A DNA stretch of 45,580 nt from Sphingobacteriia bacterium. GTDB lineage: Bacteria; Bacteroidota; Bacteroidia; UBA7662. Both the position numbers and the translations under genes were made by a program. The stretch is taken from assembly GCA_009927485.1 (NCBI GenBank), contig RFMW01000154.1:1-45580 (forward strand), given 5' to 3'. Below the pieces are notes generated by a model, which saw only the letters and a program-made list of their open reading frames with translations, searched no databases and was not told where the DNA came from. Positions 37,729 to 45,580 of the stretch are shown piece after piece (the stretch's first letter is position 1; each line of letters starts with the position of its first letter).

Positions 37729-38472
37729 ATGCAAAGTCGTTTGGATGCTCACCGGCCCCTACGGAATTCTTGGGGGTTGCTATGGACCATGGTTGTTTTG
37801 ACCTTAATAACCTGGCTTCCACCCACATTGGCCGGCACTGAGCCTCCGTTGCCAACACCCAACATGGTGTCAGCGGGATCTGACTCGCTAAAGCCTACCA
37901 AGGCCGCGCCGTCTTTTCGAAAAATTTCGGCCCGCAAATTGCCCTTGGAAATGCTGGAAGAATTCAGGAAAGATTATCCTGCTGCCGTCGAGCTGCATTG
38001 GCAAAGCAGGAACGCTGTGGAAACAGATGTTATGGAATTAACTAGAACCAGCAGCACAGAAAAACTTTTGATCCTTCGTCTTGATTCCAAAATATACCGG
38101 GTTCAAGGATACAATTTAGGGCAATATTTCACGGCTACCTACCGTAACCAACGAAGATTCGGTTACGCAGTTCTCGAAAAATGCGAAGATCTTCCGGCGG
38201 ATTCGAAATCGTCTTGGCAAAATGCCTACCCTGATTGGACATGCCTCGGATTCACCCGGATTACTACGAACAGCACAAACAGCCCAAACGGCCCAAGCTT
38301 GCAGACCCGAATTTTGATGACCCAAAGCGATCGACGTCAAAGCCAAATTTTGGCCATCGAATCCGATGGAAAAGTTCGGGCCCTTGATCGTCCAAAGCAA
38401 TGGAAAAGAATGTCGTACAGAAAAATTAAAAACGAAACCCTGCGTCTCCAGCTTTTGACCAATACCCCTTAG
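37729..38472 (+). CDS. Hypothetical exported protein with possible PepSY-like repeats
   Basis: Hydrophobic signal/TM segment. Two segments, KLP.EM.EEF.KDYP and DLP.DSK.SW..AYPDW, resemble Bacteroidota PepSY-like domains. A -7 box at 37718-37725 supports ATG 37729. Confidence 0.5.
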   Translation: MQSRLDAHRPLRNSWGLLWTMVVLTLITWLPPTLAGTEPPLPTPNMVSAGSDSLKPTKAAPSFRKISARKLPLEMLEEFRKDYPAAVELHWQSRNAVETDVMELTRTSSTEKLLILRLDSKIYRVQGYNLGQYFTATYRNQRRFGYAVLEKCEDLPADSKSSWQNAYPDWTCLGFTRITTNSTNSPNGPSLQTRILMTQSDRRQSQILAIESDGKVRALDRPKQWKRMSYRKIKNETLRLQLLTNTP

Positions 38473-38492
38473 CCCATTCATTATCCTAAACC

Positions 38493-40763
38493 ATGGCTTA
38501 TCCGTCCCCTTCCGTTGTTCCGAACGATGGAATCCCCATGCCTTCCCTTGAAACAGCGCTAACCCTGGGCCTGCTGGAAGAAGAGTACCGTGCCATTCAA
38601 GACTATTTGGGCCGGGATCCGAATTTCACGGAACTCAGTATTTATTCCGTGATGTGGAGCGAACATTGTTCGTACAAGAACTCCATACAATGGCTCAAAA
38701 CCTTGCCACGGGAAGGGGATTGCATGCTAGCCAAAGCGGGCGAAGAAAATGCAGGCTTGGTGGATATAGGCGATGGACTTGCCTGTGCCTTCAAAATTGA
38801 ATCCCATAACCATCCCTCTGCGATCGAGCCCTACCAAGGGGCAGCAACAGGGGTTGGGGGAATCAACCGAGATATTTTCACCATGGGAGCAAGGCCCGTT
38901 GCCCAACTCAACAGCCTCCGATTCGGAAAGGCGGAACATCCCAAGACCCACTGGCTTATGAGGGGCATCGTGCGTGGAATTGGCGATTACGGCAATGCTT
39001 TTGGGATCCCGACCGTGGGCGGCGAAGTATTTTTTGACGATTGTTTTCAGGTCAACCCGTTGGTGAATGCCATGAGCGCGGGGATTGTTCGCCACGGCGA
39101 AACGGTCAAAGCCATATCCGAGGGCCCTGGCAATCCGGTTTTCATCGTAGGTTCCAGGACCGGCAAAGACGGTATTCATGGAGCGGCATTCGCCTCCAAG
39201 GATTTGGGCGAAAATGCCGCGGAAGACCTCCCATCGGTGCAAGTTGGGGACCCCTTCCAGGAAAAGCTCTTGCTGGAAGCAACCCTTGAGTTGATTCAGA
39301 CAGGGTCAGTCGTAGGCATGCAGGATATGGGTGCTGCGGGGATCATCTGTTCCACTTCGGAAATGTCGGCCAAAGGCCAAGCCGGCATGCGCATCCAACT
39401 GGAACGAGTGCCCACGCGTCAAGCCCGCATGCAGGGTTGGGAATTGCTCTTATCGGAATCCCAAGAAAGGATGTTGGTCGTGGCGCATAGGGGCCGGGAG
39501 CATGAAGTCTTGGAAGTCTTCCGCAAATGGGATATTCCTTGTGAACAAATCGGGGAAGTGATCGAAGGCGAGCACCTGGAATTCTACATGGAGGAGCAAC
39601 TTATCGCCAAAGTGCCTGCCGATAGCCTGGTCTTGGGCGGGGGTGCTCCCGTTTACACCCGAAATTATAGCGAACCGGATTATATTCAAGAGATTGCTGC
39701 CTTTGATCCTAAGCAGATTCCGGTGCCGTCCCCTACGGTAGAAGAAATGTTACCGATATTGGAGCACTTAAGTGCACACCCCAACCTTTGCTCCAAAGAA
39801 TGGGTGGCCAAGCAATACGACGATACGATTGGCACGGCCCATCTCGGAACACGGAATCCCTCCGATGCCTCCTTGGTGTGGGTCAAAGAAAACGGGAAAG
39901 CGTTGGCCCTTACCGTGGACTGCAATTCCCGGTATGTCCACGCCGACCCGCACCGGGGAGCTGCCATCGCGGTGGCCGAAGCGGCTCGTAACATTGTTTG
40001 CTCTGGAGCCAAGCCCTTGGCCGTCACCAATTGCCTTAATTTTGGTAACCCCTACAACCCGCAGGTTTATTGGCAATTCGTCAAAGCCATCGAGGGAATG
40101 GGCATGGCCTGCAGGGCCCTCCATACCCCAGTCACCGGTGGCAACGTGAGCTTCTACAACCAATCGTCTTACGAAGGACCGGTGATGCCATCCCCCGTGA
40201 TTGGCATGCTGGGTCTGCTTGACGATCTTACGCATCAACAAAGCTTGGACTTCAAACAAGCCGGGGATAAAATTTACCTATTAGGCCCGGTGACCGAAGA
40301 TCTGGGTTCTTCCCAATATCTCTATTCCTACCATCAAGTCAAATTGAGTCCTTGCCCTTCGCTGGATATGCAGGCCGAACTGGCCCTTCACGAAGGCCTT
40401 CATGCTTTGACTCGTCAACAATTGGTTTTGTCCATGCACGATGTCTCGGATGGAGGGGTTTGGATCAGCTTGCTTGAATCCGCGCTGCACCGCCACTTGG
40501 GATTTGAGGTCAATTCGATGGAAGGCATCCGTCAGGATGCCTTTTGGTTTGGTGAAGGCCAAAGCCGTGCCTTGGTGAGCATCGATCCTTCCGAACAATA
40601 CGCCTTCGAGCAATGTTTAGACGGCCTTGGGCTACCTTACTTCGCCCTGGGTACCGTAACCGAAGGTTCCATCGTCTTGAACGGTCAGAAATTCCCCGGT
40701 ATCGAACATTTTGCTTCGCTTTACCGTAACAGCTTGGCCAACAAATTGAACGAAACCTCCTAA
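38493..40763 (+). CDS. purL: Phosphoribosylformylglycinamidine synthase subunit PurL (small type)
   Basis: [55 protein letters not shown] and GGNVSFYN. The start may be 38538. Confidence 0.97.
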   Translation: MAYPSPSVVPNDGIPMPSLETALTLGLLEEEYRAIQDYLGRDPNFTELSIYSVMWSEHCSYKNSIQWLKTLPREGDCMLAKAGEENAGLVDIGDGLACAFKIESHNHPSAIEPYQGAATGVGGINRDIFTMGARPVAQLNSLRFGKAEHPKTHWLMRGIVRGIGDYGNAFGIPTVGGEVFFDDCFQVNPLVNAMSAGIVRHGETVKAISEGPGNPVFIVGSRTGKDGIHGAAFASKDLGENAAEDLPSVQVGDPFQEKLLLEATLELIQTGSVVGMQDMGAAGIICSTSEMSAKGQAGMRIQLERVPTRQARMQGWELLLSESQERMLVVAHRGREHEVLEVFRKWDIPCEQIGEVIEGEHLEFYMEEQLIAKVPADSLVLGGGAPVYTRNYSEPDYIQEIAAFDPKQIPVPSPTVEEMLPILEHLSAHPNLCSKEWVAKQYDDTIGTAHLGTRNPSDASLVWVKENGKALALTVDCNSRYVHADPHRGAAIAVAEAARNIVCSGAKPLAVTNCLNFGNPYNPQVYWQFVKAIEGMGMACRALHTPVTGGNVSFYNQSSYEGPVMPSPVIGMLGLLDDLTHQQSLDFKQAGDKIYLLGPVTEDLGSSQYLYSYHQVKLSPCPSLDMQAELALHEGLHALTRQQLVLSMHDVSDGGVWISLLESALHRHLGFEVNSMEGIRQDAFWFGEGQSRALVSIDPSEQYAFEQCLDGLGLPYFALGTVTEGSIVLNGQKFPGIEHFASLYRNSLANKLNETS

Positions 40764-40771
40764 GGGTATTG

Positions 40772-40807
40772 AAATCCGAAGCTTGACCTTTATGAAGCTT
40801 GGATTTT
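40772..40807. terminator. Possible bidirectional hairpin between convergent purL and nadC
   Basis: aaatcc(g)aagctt...aagcttggattt inverted repeat spanning the nadC stop codon. Confidence 0.35.
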
Positions 40808-41662
40808 GGAAATTTTGAGGCTTAAGTCCAGGGCCTCGACGCTGTGGGTCAAGGCGCCAATGGATAGAAAATCGACGCCGGTCTCCGCATAGGCCACCAA
40901 ATTATCCCAACGAATATTCCCACTTGCTTCGGTGATCAGGGTTGGCTTCAAACCATCTTTGGCATAGTCCCTAAGCATGGCCAAGGCCTCCGTCAAGCGA
41001 GGTACCGAAAAATTATCAAGCAAAACACGGTCCACAGGTCCGGCCTTCAGCAGCGTATCCAATTCTTCCAAACTGCGCACCTCCACGATCACAGGAAGAT
41101 GAAGATTTTCCCGGGAAAGGTATTGCTGAACCGCTGCCAAAGCTTCACGGATACCACCGCAGGCATCCACATGATTATCCTTCACCAAAATCGCATCGTA
41201 TAAACCCATTCGGTGATTCACACCGCCACCGCATCGCACGGCTTCCTTTTCCATAACGCGGTGCAGGGGAGTGGTTTTGCGGGTGTCCAATAAACGGCAA
41301 TTCGTATGGGCTATCTTATCCGACCAAAGTCGGGTCCTTGTCGCAATTCCACTCATGCGCTGCAGGATATTCAGAAAGAGCCGCTCGGCCTGCAATATGG
41401 AAGCCACAGAACCCGTAACCTCCATGATAATATCACCCGCATGGATACGGTCGCCGTCATGGCGCATCGTCTTGACTTCGAGATGAGGATCAACAAGGGT
41501 GAATACCTGCAGGGCCGTGGACATTCCGGCCAAGACCCCTTCCGCCTTCACCAACAAATGCGCAGAACCTCTTTGTTGCGGCGGTATGCAGGCCCTGGTC
41601 GTATGGTCACCGTTTCCCAAATCCTCTTGCAGCGCCCACCGAATATAGTCTTGCCTAGTCAT
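40790..41662 (-). CDS. nadC: Nicotinate-nucleotide diphosphorylase (carboxylating)
   Basis: ED...GDHT, LDTRKTTP, NHRMGLYD..LVKDNH, LLDNF, EASG and SIGALTHS. Confidence 0.97.
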   Translation of the reverse strand: MTRQDYIRWALQEDLGNGDHTTRACIPPQQRGSAHLLVKAEGVLAGMSTALQVFTLVDPHLEVKTMRHDGDRIHAGDIIMEVTGSVASILQAERLFLNILQRMSGIATRTRLWSDKIAHTNCRLLDTRKTTPLHRVMEKEAVRCGGGVNHRMGLYDAILVKDNHVDACGGIREALAAVQQYLSRENLHLPVIVEVRSLEELDTLLKAGPVDRVLLDNFSVPRLTEALAMLRDYAKDGLKPTLITEASGNIRWDNLVAYAETGVDFLSIGALTHSVEALDLSLKISKIQAS

Positions 41663-41677
41663 GATCTTCGGATTAAT

Positions 41678-42175
41678 TTAACGAAAGACGAGGCGCGTGA
41701 TTTCCCATTTCCCCTCATGCACCCCAAAGAAAATCCGGACCTTGAAAGTTTCCCCTACTTGGTCCTTGTAGAGCCCCATAAGATAAGCCGATTGGCCGCC
41801 CCCTTGGTGCAGCACTTTAAAATTCCTAATGGGATGCTTCTCAAAAAAATTACGCATCATCGCATAGGCAGCCCGGTTGGTGCAAGTGCTCTCTCTTTCT
41901 CCTAACACAACCTCCAAGCGAGGGCCCGCATGACGCAACAAAGCATCGGCCCGCATTCCTCGAATCAATTTCACAATCTTCTCAAAATCAGGGGTATCAT
42001 TGCGGTAATCGGGCCTGGCAATCAGACTCAACGCGTGGGTTGACGCCTGAGGTTTGGGAGAAATCAACCTCGAATTGGCCGCAGTTGCATCGCAAGCGTA
42101 GCAAGCCAAGGTCAACACGGCAAGGGAGAAGGCTGACCCAACACCCATCGTAGGAATCCTAAAATTCGAGATCAA
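41678..42175 (-). CDS. DUF4783-like exported protein
   Basis: A..MMRNFFEKHP..F...HQG motif and position directly upstream of nadC. Start is TTG 42175 or ATG 42148. Confidence 0.75.
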   Translation of the reverse strand: MISNFRIPTMGVGSAFSLAVLTLACYACDATAANSRLISPKPQASTHALSLIARPDYRNDTPDFEKIVKLIRGMRADALLRHAGPRLEVVLGERESTCTNRAAYAMMRNFFEKHPIRNFKVLHQGGGQSAYLMGLYKDQVGETFKVRIFFGVHEGKWEITRLVFR

Positions 42176-43548
42176 GACTCTGCCTGCAAGCGCGCATAAT
42201 GCGCAAAGAAAGAGGGAATCGTTTCGATTCCTTTGAAATAATTAAAGACCCCGTAATGTTCGTTGGGAGAATGCAAGGCATCCGAGTCCAGACCAAAACC
42301 CATCAGGACGGATTTAAGTCCCAATTCCTTTTCGAAGAGGGCCACAATGGGTATGCTACCACCACCCCGGGTCGGAATAGGATTCACCCCGAAGGTATCC
42401 AGCATGGCCAGTGATGCTGCCCGAAAAGCAATGCTGTCGGTAGGCGTCACCACCGGTTCTCCACCATGGTGAGGCCTGACCTCGACGCGGACCCCTGGAG
42501 GAGCAATCGATTGAAAATAGTTGCTGAACAGTTCTGTCGCGGTTTCCGAAGTCTGATGGGGAACCAAACGCATGGATATTTTGGCAAAGGCTTTGGACGG
42601 TAACACCGTTTTGGATCCTTCCCCGGTATATCCCCCCCAAATCCCGTTCACATCCAGGGTTGGTCGTATCCCTGTGCGTTCCATGGTGTTATACCCTTCC
42701 TCTCCCCGCAAGGCGTCGATGTCCAAATCCTTCTTATAGGCCTCCGCATCGAATGGAGCACGGTTCAATTCATCCCGTTCCGCTTGGGTCAAATCCTGCA
42801 CTTGATCGTAAAAGCCCGGTATCGTTATGCGGCCATGAGCATCGTGCATTTGGGCGATCATCCCACACAATGCGTTAATGGGATTGGTGACTGCTCCTCC
42901 ATAGACTCCGGAATGCAGATCCCTGTTGGGGCCGGTCACTTCAACTTCCACATAGGATAAACCGCGCAGCCCAGCATCAATGCTAGGCACATCGTTGGCT
43001 ATCATGCTGGTATCGGAAATAAGCACAACATCAGCGCGAAGGCGTTCTCTGTTTTCCACAATAAACGTAGCGAGATTGGCCGATCCCACTTCCTCTTCGC
43101 CTTCAATCATGAACTTGATGTTGCAGGGTAGCGCATCGTAACGCATCATGTACTCGAAGGCTTTGACATGCATATACACTTGTCCTTTGTCATCGCAGGC
43201 ACCTCGGGCATAAATTTTGCCATCCCGAATTTCAGGCTCAAAGGGTGGGCTGTGCCACAATTCGTAAGGGTCTGCAGGTTGTACATCGTAATGACCGTAC
43301 ACCAGGACGGTGGGCAAAGCCGGATCCACGATGCGCTCCCCGTAAACCACCGGATAACCGGCCGTAGGACAAACCTCCACATGTTCAGCCCCTGCTTCGT
43401 TGAGGCGATCGGCTACAAATTGAGCTGCCTCAAATACATCCTCGCTGAAATCCGGATTGGCCGAAACGGAGGGAATTCTTAACAAATCAAAAAGTTCGTC
43501 CAGAAGGCGCTGGCGATTTTCTTCGATAAATTGCTGGGTCTTGTTCAT
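42172..43548 (-). CDS. M20 family dipeptidase
   Basis: YGHYDVQP, ARGACDDKGQ, EGEEEVGS, DLHSG.YGG, GGSIP and HSPNE. Confidence 0.95.
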   Translation of the reverse strand: MNKTQQFIEENRQRLLDELFDLLRIPSVSANPDFSEDVFEAAQFVADRLNEAGAEHVEVCPTAGYPVVYGERIVDPALPTVLVYGHYDVQPADPYELWHSPPFEPEIRDGKIYARGACDDKGQVYMHVKAFEYMMRYDALPCNIKFMIEGEEEVGSANLATFIVENRERLRADVVLISDTSMIANDVPSIDAGLRGLSYVEVEVTGPNRDLHSGVYGGAVTNPINALCGMIAQMHDAHGRITIPGFYDQVQDLTQAERDELNRAPFDAEAYKKDLDIDALRGEEGYNTMERTGIRPTLDVNGIWGGYTGEGSKTVLPSKAFAKISMRLVPHQTSETATELFSNYFQSIAPPGVRVEVRPHHGGEPVVTPTDSIAFRAASLAMLDTFGVNPIPTRGGGSIPIVALFEKELGLKSVLMGFGLDSDALHSPNEHYGVFNYFKGIETIPSFFAHYARLQAES

Positions 43549-43612
43549 AGGGTAAAGTTAGCAAAGGCGAGGGGCAAAGAGTATGGAGCAAAGAGCATGG
43601 AGTGATGGGACA

Positions 43613-44428
43613 TCAAGCATCGTTAGGATTCAATGCTATCCGGACCGGTTCCGACAACCTCTGGCCGGAGGCCAGAATCTCTGTACCATGCAGCGGGTTG
43701 ACCCCCTCCCGGATGCCACGAACCACCCCACCAGCCTCCCGGACCAACAGGATGCCTGCAGCCACATCCCATGGTTGAAGATTATGCTCAAAATAGGCAT
43801 CGAAACGACCGCAGGCCACATAGGCCAGGTCCAAGGCAGCGGAACCCAGTCGTCGCAGACCGCGACACTGCCGCATGAGTTGCCCCAGGGAAGCCATGTA
43901 CTCCTCCATGCGGTCAAAGCGATAATACGGAAAACCGGTGGCGAGCAGGGCATCCTCCAAACGCTCCTGATTAGAAGCACGGATGGGGATCCCGTTCAAA
44001 AAAGCCCCTGCACCCTTCACGGCGGAAAACATCTCCCGTGTACAGGGTGCATACACGACCCCAAGCAACAATTCATCATCCTGTGCCAGGGCAATACTAA
44101 TGCTGTAAAAGGGAAGGTTGTGCACGAAATTGGTGGTTCCGTCCAAAGGATCAATGATCCAACGCAGACCCTCGGAAACTCCAACGACCACACCCTCCTC
44201 GGTTTGAAAAGCGGCTTGAGGACACAGGGTCGAGAGCCCTTCAATCAACCTCTTCTCGCATTCCAGGTCCGCGTGAGTGACCAAATTGTGAGTGTCCTTG
44301 AAATGCACCTGCTCAGTTTGCAGCTGCTCCCTGGCTTGCATCAAATAGGCCCCGCAATCCAAGGCCAAGGCCTCGACATTGGAAATGAGGTCAGGTTGTA
44401 GGGCGAAGGTCAATGAATTTAATAACAT
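43613..44428 (-). CDS. Inositol monophosphatase family protein (SuhB-like)
   Basis: WIIDPLDGTTNF, RRLGSAALD and PWDVAAG. Confidence 0.95.
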   Translation of the reverse strand: MLLNSLTFALQPDLISNVEALALDCGAYLMQAREQLQTEQVHFKDTHNLVTHADLECEKRLIEGLSTLCPQAAFQTEEGVVVGVSEGLRWIIDPLDGTTNFVHNLPFYSISIALAQDDELLLGVVYAPCTREMFSAVKGAGAFLNGIPIRASNQERLEDALLATGFPYYRFDRMEEYMASLGQLMRQCRGLRRLGSAALDLAYVACGRFDAYFEHNLQPWDVAAGILLVREAGGVVRGIREGVNPLHGTEILASGQRLSEPVRIALNPNDA

Positions 44429-44478
44429 TATTTTTATAAATTTGAAACAAAAAACAAATTCTACAGGCAGGGCAGGCC

Positions 44479-45580
44479 TTAAGGATGAGCTTTGAGCGGT
44501 TTGGCGGGTATCCTTTGGCGAACCCAGGCAATCAGCAGGGTCAAGGCCGTGATCATGCCTGCAATTCTCCCGATATAATCGCCATGCCTTGCATAAAAAG
44601 TCATGGCAGGTTGAGGCGGAGCTGACCCTTGACCAAACCTCTTTGATCCCATCCGAGGGTGTCGAGAAGATCTCCTCGTTGGTTTATGGTCGCTGAAATA
44701 CCGGTATTGGCTGATCGCAACACGTCTCGACGATATTCGATCGCACGAAGTCTGGCCCAAGCCAAATGCTGACGGTGACCATCCGTGGGGCCCCACCACC
44801 CATCGTTGGTCATGACGCACAACAAATTCGCGCCATTTCGGACAAATTCGCCGCAGAACTCACCGAAGATGGATTCGTAACAAATCAATGTTGCGGCTTT
44901 CAAGGGAATTCGCTGCAAATGCTTTCCCTTGCTATCCCGAGGAGAGGGATGCATCAGCGGCATGGTCATGGGGATTTGTGCGGTTTGTTTGCCCAATTGA
45001 CCGCTCATTCCACCTAAATCCACGGAAATTACCTTGGAAACAGCCTGAAAAAACCATGGATATGGCAATTTCTCTACCCCGATGACCAGTTTGGATTTAT
45101 GGTAAAGCAAGGGCATTGCTGCATCAGTCTCCAACCGCAGTGGAGGAAATCCCAGGGACGAATTGTAGGCGGTGTACCATCGAAGGCCGCCCTGATCGAG
45201 GCACCTGGCATAGGGGCCTGCATGCTCCTTGTCCTGATGCCACTCGACCGTACTGGCACCGACAATCCATGCCTGTTCAGGATGGAGGCGATGGTGCGCC
45301 ATCAGTTGATCTGCGTAAGGATTGGCTGGCGCAGCATTACCTGTTTGGTAAAATCCAGGCAGTGCCGTTTCTGGCCACAAAACCAACGCAGCATCCGCGG
45401 CCGAATCGGACAGAGCAAGCATGATCCGCATTTGCTCTTCGTAGGTTGAAGGGTCAAACTTGACGGTGTAGGGATCCATGTTCGGTTGTATCGCAGCGAC
45501 TTTGACGGCATCCCCTATCGGCTGGTAAGTGGCATACCTCCATTGGGAATAACCCCACGGCAGGATGAACGCCAACAGTG
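44479..45580 (-). CDS. lnt: Apolipoprotein N-acyltransferase (3' part; frameshift near the C-terminus; 5' end beyond the window)
   Basis: QPN, WPET, YHKSKLV, ICYES.FG, TNDGWWG and RAIE.RR...RSANTGISA. The conserved TFYAR.GD tail and last TM helix lie in another frame after ~44608. Confidence 0.9.

Noticed and set aside
43583-44401. 272-aa plus-strand ORF (and similar long ORFs at 18479-19312, 35647-36375, 36592-37263, 17423-18118 and 12300-12962)
   Set aside because: These are antisense shadows of well-supported genes, expected from codon bias, with no recognisable motifs.

Overview
A gene-dense (roughly 50-55% GC by eye) core-genome window from a Bacteroidota bacterium. The assignment rests on TAnnTTTG -7 promoter boxes, a T9SS-type C-terminal domain, a DUF5686 protein, and the conserved mutL-rhomboid-rhomboid-EEP, cysS-M28, ftsK-lolA and DUF4783-nadC syntenies. 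It holds about 36 CDSs and one tRNA-Leu(CAG). Genes include the start of a phenylacetate operon (TetR/PaaR plus paaA), map, yebC, a 58-aa Hc1/histone-H1-like gene missed by the ORF track, a secreted CotH kinase, a photolyase-related gene, lpdA, ftsK, cysS, mutL, type III glutamine synthetase, small-type purL, nadC, lnt and many peptidases. I found no integrase, transposase, prophage or CRISPR array. The best leads are: (i) a secreted M1 aminopeptidase with cohesin-like and dockerin-like modules but no T9SS tail; (ii) an iron-sulfur-less (6-4)-photolyase-type gene next to a flavin-reductase-like gene; (iii) a MutL whose endonuclease motifs look lost; (iv) two single-base frameshifts, one in the S46 peptidase on a G_GGT_TTT slippery heptamer and one in lnt, both most likely assembly errors; (v) a PaaR-type operator and several apparently leaderless genes; (vi) a four-unit mini-hairpin array; (vii) paired TTCA-N8-TGAA sites upstream of glnA. 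All calls are by eye from motifs and synteny; no database searches were run.
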